Source: a virus. From it: 64,000 nt of DNA. Within the stretch, counting starts at the first letter, position 1. Each line of letters begins with the position of its first letter. This document shows positions 1 through 14,200 of this stretch, one piece after another. The position numbers and the translations under genes are program-made. The stretch lies in IMG/VR virus record IMGVR_UViG_3300042305_001483; one strand, written 5' to 3'. The notes beneath the pieces were generated by a model. That model was given only the letters and a program-made list of their open reading frames with translations. It searched no databases and was not told the DNA's origin.

Positions 1-882
1 CGTTTGATTTGTGTATTCTACTTTGCCGCCAGCATTCGAAAAAACATTAATCTGTTCACCAGAATCAGCGTTTCTAATTTGTATTCCTGCTGAAGATTCT
101 ACTCTAAATGTTCCCGTATGCGTTTGAGGGGTTAATAAAGATTTGTTTTTTAATACTTCAGTTGCCCTTATTGACAATGTCGGAGAAATATATAAAGAAG
201 TAGCACTTTCTGCCACACCGTTATATCTTGCCGGTATTCTTCTAGTTAAATTTGTTCCAGGTTTTATAGTAGAAAAACCATCAATAACAGTTCTAGGTGT
301 AAATTCATTGTATGCTAAAATTTCAACAACCTTGCCATTAATCCAATTTAATATTACAGGATAAGTTACATTGGGATCAATATTACTCTGTAGCCTAACT
401 GTTTCAGAACCAGACTTTAGTTCGCCTGCTTCTATATTTGGCCCAACTGTGATCCAACTACTTTGATTTCTAATCTTTACTTGATACGATGAAGTATCAA
501 CCCAAAGATCTCCAACTTTTACGTTTTGACTGTAACTTAAACTTGGATCTTGAGCCTGCTGAAACACTCCATTAGTAGGTTGCCATCTATTGCTTGTATT
601 CGATCCGTTATTGACTCGCAACACACTTCTTTCGGGATTACTTGTATCATACCATAACTGGCCTTTTATAGAATTAATTGGCGGATTAGGTCCGGCAAAA
701 TTTTCTAACAATTTAAGAAAATTTTGCGAAATATCTTGTCCGTAATTAGTATAACCCGAACCAACAAGATCTAAACTTGTACTGTAATTATTTTTTCCAC
801 TGCCAACAGAAGTACCAAGAACTTCAATAACTTCAGTATTATTAGGATCTGAAAAAGTTAAAGTAAAAATATATGATGACAT
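1..882 (-). CDS. Baseplate wedge/tail-pin protein (gp10-like family), 3' end runs off the window
   Basis: Not in the ORF track. Hand translation from ATG at 882: MSSYIFTLTFSDPNN...SLDLVGSGYTNYGQDISQNFLKLLENFAGPNPPINSIKGQLWYDTS. The LLENFA..P..P..GQLWYD motif is typical of baseplate/fibre-attachment proteins of large T4-like phages. Confidence 0.7.
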   Translation of the reverse strand, partial: MSSYIFTLTFSDPNNTEVIEVLGTSVGSGKNNYSTSLDLVGSGYTNYGQDISQNFLKLLENFAGPNPPINSIKGQLWYDTSNPERSVLRVNNGSNTSNRWQPTNGVFQQAQDPSLSYSQNVKVGDLWVDTSSYQVKIRNQSSWITVGPNIEAGELKSGSETVRLQSNIDPNVTYPVILNWINGKVVEILAYNEFTPRTVIDGFSTIKPGTNLTRRIPARYNGVAESATSLYISPTLSIRATEVLKNKSLLTPQTHTGTFRVESSAGIQIRNADSGEQINVFSNAGGKVEYTNQT

Positions 883-885
883 ATT

Positions 886-1506
886 TTAAGTTCCAGTACT
901 CAAACTTTGAATTCTAATTGTATAATCAATTTGAATCATTCTGTTTAAAGATTTTTGAACAGGATGGAAAATTACATGAGTTAACAAATCTCCAGTATTC
1001 GGACCGTCTGGGTTAAATGCCCTTAACCCTAATTCGTCAAAAACAAATGGACTATCTAAATTAGTTTCATTGTCAAATGCAGACTGACCACTAGGTTCTC
1101 CAAAATCTAATAAACAACTTATTAAAATATCTGTGTAAACAGTGCCTTCTATGTGCCTAGTTTCCATGAAATTTCTTGCAGGATCTAAAGAATAACTGCT
1201 CTTAGAATCTACATTTTTATAATAGGTTTGATTATATAAAGTTGCACCTCTACCAATGGAATTTGGAGTTAGATAAGTAATAACGCCATTTGTTACTCTA
1301 GTCCCTCCGTTACCAAAAACCATTTCGGAAATGATTCCTCGTCCTTGATTAGAAATACTTTGAGCAAGTGCAATAGAAAAATTTTCATAATGAATTGCAT
1401 TTCGTTTGTTAATAAAAATTTCTCCAGTACTAGGATCAAATATTTTTATATGACCTTGAATACTAAACGCACCGGTCTCATGTTTTAAATCTTGTTTGTT
1501 ATTCAT
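886..1506 (-). CDS. Conserved baseplate/virion structural protein
   Basis: 206 aa with KRNAIHYEN and FDELGL...LLTHVIFHPVQKSLNR motifs; lies in the baseplate block and has a late-promoter motif directly upstream. Confidence 0.55.
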   Translation of the reverse strand: MNNKQDLKHETGAFSIQGHIKIFDPSTGEIFINKRNAIHYENFSIALAQSISNQGRGIISEMVFGNGGTRVTNGVITYLTPNSIGRGATLYNQTYYKNVDSKSSYSLDPARNFMETRHIEGTVYTDILISCLLDFGEPSGQSAFDNETNLDSPFVFDELGLRAFNPDGPNTGDLLTHVIFHPVQKSLNRMIQIDYTIRIQSLSTGT

Positions 1507-1528
1507 AATGGTATTTATCCATATAATT

Positions 1529-2206
1529 TTATCGAATTTCTACAATAGTTTCATTACTAGGTTTTAATTTTCTAATTTTATCTGTTAAGTGTTGAGGAAT
1601 ATTATAATTATCGTATCCAACTATTTTATTTTCATGGTATACTGCTTTTAATAAACATGGATTAGAGACATCACTATGATCTTGCATGTATCCCACACCC
1701 AATGCAACTAAAGCATATTCGTCTGTATAACCTAAAGCATTGGCTACATTTTTTGAATCAAAACAAATAGAAAATCCTGTATCTAACCCAAGATCTTCAG
1801 CAATTGTCATTACTACGCCTGCACCAATTCCAGATTCTAAAAATGCCTTTTGTATTCTTTTTTCAAATCTATATTTTTGAATTGCCCAATTTTCTTCAGT
1901 TCCGTCAACTTCCTTATATCTAGTTACCCACATAAAAAGATATTGTGCAAGTAGTTGCCCGTTAAAATATTTAACAACACCGGGTCCTAATAATTTATTA
2001 TTTTCATCAGCCCAAGCATAGTTATCGTAAATATTTTTTTTAATATCATAAGAATTTGGACCAAAAATGACACATTTTTGTTCGTATCCGCATTGTTTAC
2101 TAGGAACTCGATATAAGTTTTCAATAATAGTATCAATTTTTTCTTTTTCTACTACTCTTGTATAATCCCACCATCTTGCGGTAATTCTATTTTCTAAGTA
2201 TGTCAT
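1529..2206 (-). CDS. Nitroreductase-family (FMN-dependent) oxidoreductase
   Basis: N-terminal R-x-T-x-R-W FMN-binding motif (ENRITARWW), VPSKQ, and ESGIGAGVVMTIAEDLGLDTGFSICFD...ALGVGY; SD-like AAGGA upstream. Confidence 0.7.
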   Translation of the reverse strand: MTYLENRITARWWDYTRVVEKEKIDTIIENLYRVPSKQCGYEQKCVIFGPNSYDIKKNIYDNYAWADENNKLLGPGVVKYFNGQLLAQYLFMWVTRYKEVDGTEENWAIQKYRFEKRIQKAFLESGIGAGVVMTIAEDLGLDTGFSICFDSKNVANALGYTDEYALVALGVGYMQDHSDVSNPCLLKAVYHENKIVGYDNYNIPQHLTDKIRKLKPSNETIVEIR

Positions 2207-2226
2207 ATTGTTCCTTCAAAAAATTA

Positions 2227-5200
2227 TTAATTTGAATTTCCGTAATACCATTTATCAGGAATTTCTGTAGAATGTCGCCTTATGAACTTAGATTGAATTG
2301 ACTCGGATTCCATCAACGATGTTGATGTATTCCAATAATTTCCTATTTTTTGTTCTATTTCAACTTTAGTTCTTAAAGTAAAATCTTCAACATGAATATT
2401 TAATTCAAAATTACCAGTTGATTCATTAAATTTAACAGTAAATTCTGGATCAAGTGTTCTTAAACTTGTAGACGTAGAATCGTATGCTAAATTGTAATCA
2501 TGTACTTTAGACGCAGTTTTTCTCAACAGTCTACCACCAAATTTAACAGAAATCTGATCGTTAAGGTACTGCTCTAAACCATTTGTTGTACTTAATATAA
2601 TACCATCTCCACCAGACTGATACATAGTTCCGGTGTTAATAACAAATGAACTTGAACTAATAGCAATCGTGTACGTTCCATTAGAATTTGTAACAGTATT
2701 AACAACATATGTTCCAGTGGCTTCAGATGTTATATGATACTGTTTCTTAATGGTATCAGTATAAGGAATAAATTGTTGAGGGCTTTGATCAAAGACTTTT
2801 GTTCCAACATCGGATATTTCTGCAGGAGAAGTACCCATAGTACCCCTTCTAAGTCCGCTTAGTACATTACTATCTTTAGAGAAAAATTCAATTCTTTCGC
2901 TATCGACGAATATAACTCCCGGAATATTTCTGTGGAAATTAGGAGGTATTAAACTTGAAGAATCTGTTACATGAATTTCAGTATCAGTTAACTTTAATTC
3001 TTTAGTTAATCTTGTACCGTAAAAATTAGATAATCTAGAATATGTGGTTCTATTAAAAATGTCATTAAATATTTTATATCCATAAACTAAATTAGATCGT
3101 AATGTTGTCGAAACATATGAAATAGTAATTTCGTCATCAGATTGAATACTAATAGAATTGTTTAGTGAAACTGTTCTAAAATCATCCAAAATAGTAAAAT
3201 CATTGTTAGCAATCAAATATTGTTTATTCAATGCTACCCAAACATATCTACTATCAGATACCGGCAATCCTAAAGTAAATTTTAGACCAGCATCGCCTTT
3301 AAATCTTTCCGTCCTCAACATCATTCCATCATAATCAGCAAATGATATAACTTTAACTGAACTAGAAGGTTGAATTGGAGTTGTAAAAATTATAGTGTTA
3401 TTATTAATTACATAATCAAAATTAACTAATGATTCAATTGCTAAAATTGCGCCGTTAGATGCTATTCCAGATGATATTGTCACTGTACCAGTAACACTAT
3501 TAATAGAATAATCAAAACCAGGAGCAAGCAATCGACCGTTTAAATAGACTTTAATATTTGAATTAGTATATGTTCCCGGAGGACGGCTTGTATTGTCAAT
3601 ATTGAAAGTTGTTGTCGATCCATCCAATTTATAGTAATTAACATCAGGAGGATTTAAACGCTTTCTGCCTTTAACTAAAGTAGTCGAATCTGGTTCATAT
3701 ACTTCAACAAATACTTGAGCACTTAACGGCTCAGTTGTTCCTAATAAATTTGTGACCAAAATACTAGAAGTAGGTGCTGCAATACTAAATTGTTCTTCAA
3801 ATATTTGACTAAATTTTCCAAAATTAGATTTTAAAAACCAAGCCTGGATTGTTCGTTTACTGTCTGCAATATTAGTTACCCTAACTGCCGCCCTCTTATT
3901 TTTTGGTCCCGCAGGTATTAGTTCGTAATTGCTAGAATTAACTTCACGACCGTCTATTGTCACATATACACTTCTTATATCATCAATAAACGCAGAACTA
4001 ATCAATGTCGCAGTACTCTGTCCATATTCAGTTAATAACGTAACCGAGTCTGCAACATATTCTCCGCCAATAGTTAATAAATTGTAACCTACTTTACCGT
4101 TAACATCTTGAGGCGCAATATACAATTCATCATTCATAACGTAAAATTGAGAAGAGGTTGTAAAGAAATACTCATCAACAACTCCACTGCTAGGAGGTTC
4201 ATATATTCTATCTAACATCTTTCCTTCGAAATTTACAGTTATATAAATTGATTCTTCTAAAGGTACTCCCAATTTAAACGATGATATAGCGTTTGCACTA
4301 ATAGGGACTATACCGGACATTGCAATCGGCGACGATTTATTTTCTTGAGTAAACACATTGATAGAAACAGATTCATATGTATTACCTTTAACATGCTCTT
4401 CCGGTGATTGACCAATATTTTGAGATATTAATCCACTACCGTCAATAACTAAATCACCAGGATTAATGCCAAGGGCTCCTACAAAATTTCCAGAACCGTT
4501 CCACGACCCTGCACTTATTTCAGTATCTAATTCATCAAAACTAAAGTTATCTTTCCAAAATTCTACAATTGGATATCCATACAAATCAACTTTTATTTTG
4601 TTTGTTACATTTGAATTTAGATTAAAAATTTCAACATTATATGTGTTATTTGAAGTAGTTGAAACATTATAATAACTTCCATACAATAGATCGTTTACAT
4701 ATATGGTAACCGTAGAAACACTGTTAAATAAAACATTTGTGTCATAGGCCACTGTTGAAGTATTAGATACTAAATTTTCAAAAGAATAAATGTTGTAAAG
4801 AGAATTTACATTAACTTCATTAAATACCGCCGGAACAGTTACCTTTGCAGTTACACCTAAAGTTTTTACTGTTGATGTTGTCAATAATGTAATAGCGTGT
4901 GTTCCGGTTCCTACAGCAGTAAATCTATCTGTTCCAGAATTAGTAACAATATATTTTCCGTCAAATCCTAAAATAGTTCCGTCGTCAACTCCGGATATTT
5001 CTATAATAGAACCACTAGTTATTTTTCCATTAAAATCTTCGGTAGTAAAAAATACTATATTTCCTTGAGTAGTTAAGGAATCAGATATAATTCGTTTTAA
5101 TCTGTATTCAGAATTTGCAATAGAAACTGTTTTAGTAGAAGTATTAACAGCAGATACTACTGCATCACTTCTTATATGAGATGTAGAAGTATTTGTTAAT

Positions 5201-8200
5201 AAAATTTTCTGACCAATACTTACACCTTCAACAGAATCTAGATAAAGAACTGTTCCAGAATAATTTATATTTTTAACTAATTTAGCCGAAGTATAATAGT
5301 TAACTAAATTTGACCACGCTGAATCGTTATCAAAATAACCGTAATTCCATGGTAACGAATAACCAAAATTTAACCCTTGAATTACTGTATTTTTATATTC
5401 TGCTCCCGACATCAATAGCGGGATTTCTTTACCTACCATATCGTCCGTTGGTTGATAAAATTTGTTAATTCTATCAACAGCATGATAAATTGATATATTT
5501 TTCTCGTAGGTAATTTTAAATTTTTGTCCTAATTTTGGAATATAATTTAAAAATACAAACTCACAATATTGACTTGTATAATTATTAATATTTTCTGTAA
5601 AATATTCAATTGTATAATCAGTTGAAAAAATAATTTTACTATCCAATAAAGGAACAATTTTTGATTTATTCGGTTGCGCTAACCATGTTAATCTAAATCT
5701 ATTATTTCCAGTACACTCAAAAGTTTCAGTAATTCTAGAACTATCTATTTCTTCATTAACTCCAGTTCTATCAAATTTAATGCCTAATATATTTTTTCTA
5801 ATATAATCATTGCCTAATTCTACCGAAACCTTTGCAGGTTTTACAACATTTGGGCCGCCACCGACTATAGTAACAGTAGGTGGTCGAACATATCCGCTTC
5901 CAGGATTTGAAACTAAAACTTTAAATACTCCGCCATTTCGAATATATGCTTCTGCAGTTGCTCCACTGCCTGTATCACCGAGTGCAGGAGTTATAACTAC
6001 CGTAGGATTCTGTGTGTATCCTTCTCCGTTGTCAGCAACTAAGACATTCTTAACATAATATTTGTAATTGTCAGCCCACCATTTCCAAGGATACTCAGTA
6101 ATCTCACTACTTGTCAATCCAACTAATTCATAACTGTTTGAAACAGTATTAAAATATGCAGGCAAATCAAAATCTGTAGATACACTATTTGAAGTTTCAT
6201 TTGTTAATGAGTATTTTGATGTGTAAGATCTAATTTTTGTTCTATATGGTTTTACTTCTCTAATATAATCTTCGAAATAGTTTTCGTTGTCTAACCTATA
6301 AACTGATTTTTGATCTAATTCGCCAACTTGATTGTTAACAGAAATAAAACTAGTTTTAAATACCCAATCTAAAAGTTTTTGTTCAGTAAATGCATATCGA
6401 ACTGCTTTAAAGAAGAATAAATTCCAATTTATTTTTAGATTACCTACAAAAATATCGTCTTTTAGGGCATATAAAATATGATTTAATTCTTGATCAGGAA
6501 TTTGATCATATAAAGTTTCTTCCAATGTAGCAGCGTCATAGGAATAATTAGATTCTTTAAAATTCCAAATTTCATCAGAAATTTGAATTGTTCCATTTTG
6601 GCTATAGACAATTTTATATTGTAGGGCAAAATCTCCTATTTGATCACTATCTAATTTTTCTAGAATTATGTATCGACCATCACCTACATTATTGATTTTT
6701 ACATAATCACCCGTGACAGTAGAAGACGCTATCGGCAATTCTGTTGGATCTTTTAATACTACTGCGTAGTCTTTATAACCATTGTAATTTTCGTCTACCC
6801 AATCTACATAATTCCAATACAACGGAGTATTATAAGATTGTGTCTGAATTCTTGTCCAATTTTTAAATTCATAATTGAAAAGATGTTTAGTCCACCTGTT
6901 TCCGTATTCTGAATTTGTTCGAACAATCGTCGTGTGCCCTCTTATAATAATTTTTTCTGAACTATCTAAATTTCCTAGATAATTTTTTCCAGGGTTAGAA
7001 ATTATTACATTAATAACTCTTCCACTTCCGTCAATTTCAGATAATAGTTCGGCACCTTCTCCAGAACTAGAAAGTATTTCAATTTTTGGAGGAATGCTAT
7101 ACCCAAAACCAGGATTTATAATTTCAACACTAACTACTTTTCCATTATATGTACTATAGATTAGTTCTGCTTGTGAGAATTTAGAAATATCAATTTGATC
7201 TAATTCTTCTAAATCATCAACAATAAAATCATACTCTCTAGATAAAATATCTGGTATTTCTTCTTTCTTATTTAGGTTAGTAAAATCATAAAACCCAGTA
7301 ATTTTATTTTTTATTAGTACAGAATTAGTAAACTCAACAAGATTTCTTAACGCCAATAATCTATCTTTAAACATTGATTGACGAGGTCTTATTTCTATGC
7401 CATACCTATTTCTTACTGATAAATTTAAATCAGGAACTGTTTGACCTAAATCATCGTGACCTAATAAACTATCAAATAACTTTTTAGTTAACGTGGTAGT
7501 TGGGACACTGTCTTTATTTCCTTCTTCTAATAGCAACCATTCTGTATGTTTAGGAATATTATTATTAATTTCATCAAATGAAATGTTTGAATTAATTCTA
7601 TCGCCGACTAAAATTGGTTGAACATTCGCAAACGAAATAGCATTTTGAGACAATATCGATGCAAATCTTATTCCATTTGCAGCAGGATCTAAAATCAAAT
7701 TAGCAACTTGTATAGCACTGATTCTTCTATTACGAGAATTAGGTACAGTAACTTTATTTTTTACCCAGAAATAATAAACATTCTCAAAAGAATTAGTAAC
7801 ATTGTTGAACACCTGTTTAACAGACATTACTGAATTATCTGGATATTTTGGTTGTCCGCTAATTCCTTTTGTTAATCCTTCATTAGTATCTGCTTGCGCA
7901 GCCCATTCTGACGGCAATAAATCGGATTTAACCCATTCGTAAATATCTATACTTGATCCAGGAAAAATTTTACCCCAATTATTTTTTCTAAATATTTCAT
8001 CGCCCTGTTCATACCATAGATATTTAACAGTACTTAGATCCCACCATAAATCACCTATATGGTCATCAATCCAACTAGAATTTGAATCTACAGAATTTAA
8101 TGCAGTTCCTATCGAATACATTGCAGGATCAAACGTAGATTTGTATTTTAACTCTTGTTCTGCTAATCCTATAATTTTTCCTTTTACAGGATCAAAAATA

Positions 8201-11200
8201 TCTAGATACTCAATTATTTCTTCTTTAAAAGAATCTATTAATTTAATACTTTTGATTTTTTGAGAATCTACTAGATTTGGTTGATTTCTTAAAACTTTCC
8301 AACTGTTGATTGAAGTATCTAATTTGTCAAATTTAAAGAACGTAGAATCGTCTAGAGAAGTAGCATTTTTAATCCACGGTGCGCCTACAAGAATAAAATC
8401 ATTTAGAGAAGACACAGAAAAACCAAATCTACTTCCTTCTAAAATTGAAGAATCGCTTAATTCTTCAGATTGAATAAAATATCCATCTAAGTTGTTGAAA
8501 ACATAAACAGTTCCAGAATCGTCAACAGGTGAAATAAATTCTGTGCTTCCTTTATCAAATGTTGTTTTTCCTACATTTGAATTTTCATCAAATACATAAG
8601 TTGATGATCTATTTCTTCCAAGAGCGCCTACTGTTAAAATATCTTCATTCTTGTTTAGAGAAATACTTACTCCAAATTTTAAATCTGTAGTAAACGATGG
8701 ATTTTCTATAATTTGATTTAAGACGTAAGTTCCAGTAGATGTTAAATTTGTAGCAGAATAAACTGCAATATTTCCAAATGTACCATCACTATTTTTTATG
8801 TCAGGAGACGAAATTAATAAGAATTTTCCTGACGATGAAACAAAAATATCAGAACCAAATGTTCGATTTTCTTCAAACGGAGAATATATAACTTGCTTTG
8901 AAACTAAATTTTTATTAAAAATTTCCACCAACCCTGTTTTACTACCGGTTGTAAATCCAGGTGCCGAAACTGCAATAAAATTTCCATTATCGCTTCCGGA
9001 TATTTTTTCACCCCACTTACTGTATTGAGTAAGTATTACGGAAGAAGTTAAAGATATACCAGCGGTATGTTGAACTAAACTTATTGCGTTAGAATCAGTA
9101 GAAGTAGTTAAATGATATGCAAACACAAATCCAGTTGATGTATTGTTAACTCCATCGCCAGGTGCTCCAATTAATACTGTCGTAGCAGTTGATTTGTTAA
9201 CTTTATCAACATATATTGTATTTCCGAATCTTAAATAATTTGCTTTAGCAGATGTGTTAGAGTAAGAGCCTGGAGCAAGCAATATTGCTACAGTTTCTTC
9301 CTCTTCTACTGTAGATTTTTCTCTACTAATTTTTACTAATCCTTCAGAAATAAATCCCTTAGAACTTCCCGTGCCCGTACTAAAAGAAATTGTTCCAGTG
9401 TTGTTAGTAATAATATTAGATGCTTTAGGTGCTCCAGCAAAAATTAATTCTTTACCATCATCATAATTTAATGTATATCCAAATTCAGAATTTGTCGATG
9501 TACTGCAATAAATTTTGTTGTTTGAATTTAAAATGTATTCGAACAACTTATCTAATATATTCTGTTTTTGGTTGTAAACCCATATTCTTCCAACACTATT
9601 AGCACTACCGCTGTTCCAAGATGGAGAAGAAACTAAAACAACTTGAGAATTGTCTCTAGCATAAATTGAATACCCTAATTCTTGTCCAAAAGGATTACCC
9701 AAAGAATTAAAATAGGTTCCTGTACTATAATTTTTAACTTTTTCATAGACAGACCACTTTTGATCAACTTTATCTACCCAAATTTTTTCTCCGTTTTCAA
9801 ATTTATATAATTCTTTAAACTCTGAAACTTTTAAAAAATCTTCAAATCTAACTGATTGAAATTTAAAAATACTACCTAGTTCAACAAGATCGTCGTCTAC
9901 AATCGAAGATAGAGTAGAATCAACTGTAAATTGATTTAATTTTGGTACTGCTTTAACATTATAGATACCGTTTACTTGATCATTAAAATTAACAACGGAA
10001 ACAATATCTCCAATTTTTAAATCATGAAATAGATCACAAGAAAATGTGATATCAATTCCAGGTGAACTTACAAACACTCCTGTAATTTTTGCTGTTTGTT
10101 TAGAATACCTGTAAACGTCCCAATTTCCATTGTCTAAAAATCCTATCCATATTGTATCTTTTTCATTTAATAAATTGTTGTTTGCAATATCAAGAATACT
10201 GTTAGTGTTGTATGCTGTTACATTTACATCATCGGGTCTAACATAACCTGCTGAAGGAAATTGAAATAAACTTTCGTCTTGCACTTCATTTTTACTAATC
10301 TTAAATACGTCATTTATTTCAAAATTTGTAGGCTTAATTAAAATATCTTCTGATAGAATATAATTAATTAAGTTATTTTTTTCTGCAGGAACTTCATTGC
10401 TAAACTTAACAATATAAGGATTTTCTAAAGAATTTCCTTCATTTAATTTAAATTCTACTTCTTGGAATGTTTCGTATCCACCATAATGACCGACTCTAAA
10501 TGCCCACTCTTCAGTAAAATTAATACTTCCTTTTCTAGCATAAGATCCAACTTTTACAATTTTATCTAATGCGTTTTTGGTTCCTTTTTCTTTAATGTAA
10601 CCTTGATAAAATTTATACTGAGTTGTTGGGTTAGTAAAAATGTTATTTAAATAAGGTCTCTCAGAGTAACCTATTAGGTGTTGCGCTAATTGTTGTTGAG
10701 AGATATCAAAATTATCAATATCTAAACTGTAAAAATCTTCAAACTGATTAATCTTATAAGAAAAATTAGGCAATAAATCTGGAGAAGGTTGTTCTCTTAA
10801 TTTCGACCATTCATTAAAATTAAAAAATTCACTTCCCACAATTTTAATGTTTGATTGATAATAAACTCCATTATACCTAACAATTGAACCCGGCAAGTAG
10901 GAAACAAATGGTTTCCAATCGCCAACAAAAACTTCATCATAAACAAATCCCGGACTAAAGAAATCACCGTTCCAATTTGCTGTTCTAAATCCAGAAATTT
11001 TTAATCTTCTTTGTCTGTAGCCGGTGTCTAAATCATAAATTATATCATTGAATAATGTCCTATTATCAAAAATCATTGCATGTTCTTTTTGTACAGTATT
11101 CAATAATGCAAAAAACAATCCTTCTTCAGTGTTAACAGTTTCGATGACACAAATACCATCATCTCTAGATAACTTAATATTTTCTTTTGGAAAACTTTTT

Positions 11201-14200
11201 CCATCTGCTTTTAATAAGTTATATTCATAAGAATTATAATTGATATCATCAACTATAGAATTCTTATTTCCAAATTTTAAAGATTTTGCAAAAGGACTAA
11301 TTGTTATGAGATTATTATTACTCCAATTTTGAGTTGTCCAAAATAAAAATTCTTTCGCGGAAAATTTCCAATCTAATATCTCAGTTAGGTCATTATCATA
11401 CTGATCAAATATAAAACCATTTGATTCTAACCAACGACTGTAACCTAAAATAACATTATAAACTTCTTGAATTGTAGAATACATTGTTCCATACGGAATA
11501 CGAACAGACCTTGATTCAAATAAAGATGGGACTAAAACAGTAACTCCGCCTTTTACTGGTAATTTTGATATTGGTTGGAATAATGTAGGATCAAAATTTG
11601 AAGAAGCATTATGACCAACTTTTACTCTATAGTATGAATTATTGTATCTAACCAGTTGACCTGATTTATAATACCTAGTGGTATTAACGTTGGCTGTAGT
11701 TGTATCAGAAAAAGTTACACTAGAATTTGCATTACCAGTAATGCTAGACCATTCAGTAAACGGTTCTGCAATCCCTCCGACCGTAACTGATTTTGAATTT
11801 CCAGATATAATAGCAGGAAAAATTTCAAAATATGGATTTGATTTATCGTATCCTTTAATTAAAAATTTTCCATTGTATTTTTGAATTACAATACCAGAAA
11901 TTCTAAATGATTGAATTGTATTACTTTTATTTAAAATAAGGTCATAATTTTCAGGAGGTAAAATGGCGCCCTGTGACATAGAAGAAACATCAACAGTGTC
12001 CATAATCAATTGAATTTTGTTTTTACTTGTAAATCCTCCCAATTTATGAAATAGATTAAAGTCTAAGAAAGACAAATCATTTTTTAAAGTGTTTAAATAA
12101 TTGAGATTTTTCAATCTACCATATTCTATAATTAAATTTCCAAATCCAGAACTTTGGTTATTTTCATTATCTAAAATTAACTTATTTGGGTTCAAATATA
12201 AATCATCATTGTATAAAATTTGATTTAATTCATTAATAGTTGTCCTACTAACATCAAACAATTTAGAAGTATATGAACAAGGATCAAGTAAGGCCGCTAC
12301 AATGTTTAATGCAAAAGGCCAAAGACTGCTTCTTCTCCATGCAACTTCTGCAGGACTGAAATCTCCAAATTTCCAATCTTGTTGTTTTTCAAATATAGAA
12401 GATTCTGATACTAAAAATGTATCAGGAGATTTTAAATTTCCAAATTCATCTACCGGTATAATAGATAACAATCCAGATCTTGCATAATTTAAGTTATATC
12501 TATTTTCTCCTCGAATGTATCCATTACTCAAGTCTGTCCAAAGCAATACATTTGAAGATGTATACGGTGCTAATCCGTAAGTAGTTGTCCACCAGTTTGG
12601 TCTTTCATTAAAACCCAACATTTCCCACGGTGTTAAATGAGGCTTATCTGTATCATAAAAATACTGGTATATTCCTCGCCATGAACCGCTTACATTTTTT
12701 GAAAATAAAGTATCAACAGTTGTTGAATAGTTAAATGTAAAAGGATTTGTTTCATCAAAGGTTGTATTTGACGAAAAATTAACATTAAATTGATTTGTCC
12801 AATTTATAAATTCTTTTATTAAAATATTATTAGAGTCGTCGATTGTATATCTGTTGATTCTGAAAGCACCAGAAATGACAGAATTCATATCAAACAATTT
12901 AGAATTGTAACTTACTTTGATATTGTTATAAATTCTTTTTTCAAATTCTAAAATAATTTGATCCCTGTAATCACCATATGCCTTTGTTAAACTTCCATCG
13001 TGTCCAAGTATCATCGTCACTGGACCTTGTACATAAGAAGTATCTTCGACTATTGCAGGTTTAAATTTTGGATACAACCCCAATTTGCTAGGAGTCGGTG
13101 GCACAAAAGATCCTGTGGTGTCGTTATAAAAATAAATTTTAATTTTATCTCCAGTAGATAAATTTGATAATATTTCTACTGTCGAGTCTAACGAATTTAT
13201 TTGATAATCTTGACCGTTAATTAGTAAACTATCATTTACATACACAGAAAGTGCATTAAAACTTAACTTTGTATTGTCAAAATTATCTCTAATAGGGTAA
13301 ATTTTATTAACTACGATACCAACCGTAAATTCAGTAACAATTTTGTCTTCACCATAAGGTACCATATCGGACCTGTAAAATAAAGAATCTATATTGTTGT
13401 TTCTGTTAATATACTTCAGTGCAATATCTAATGCTTCTGCAGGAGAAAACTGACTTTCAATCTTTCCTAATGTGTCAAACAAATTTAATTTATATTGGTT
13501 ATATAAGTACCCAACAAATCTTAAGGAATCTAAAACATTATGATCTTTTTTTGCTAAAAATAATTTTGAATATACTAGCGGAGTAGAATTAATTATAAGC
13601 CTTGTACCAAATTTTGAATAATTGCTTAAATCTCTTAAATTGCTTTTTCCCGGAAATTGTCCTTGAAAATTTGTAATTTTTGGTATCATCGATCCTACAT
13701 GATCTGATAATTCACTTAATGTAAAACTAGAAATTGGACCATTTAATGGATTGTTAGTTAAGTTTAAAACAGGTTCATAAAATCCGTTGTTGTTTGGAGA
13801 ATTATTAGAAAATATATTAAAATAAATGGCATCATTTTCTTTTAGCGGCTGTGAAAATGTGACCGTTGCTGTTTGATTAAAAGAAACTGTAGATTGAACA
13901 ATATTATTGTTAACATAAGAAATTACTTGAGTAGATGTATCAAAAGGATAATCTAATGATTTTAATTCTATTGTTGTTGTATTTGTTTGAACCGTTTGAT
14001 TTTCAACAATTGGAATTTTATATCCTTCCGCCGAAGACCAAACATTAACTAAAAAGTTACCTAATTTTAAATATCCTAATGCAAGACTTTTTTGAGAAGT
14101 TACGTTATCAATAGTAACATTTATTGTATCAGTAGTGAAATAGTTTTTAAAAAGATAGTTTCCTATTCCCGAATTATTATTCTTTAAAGGAAATCCTAAA

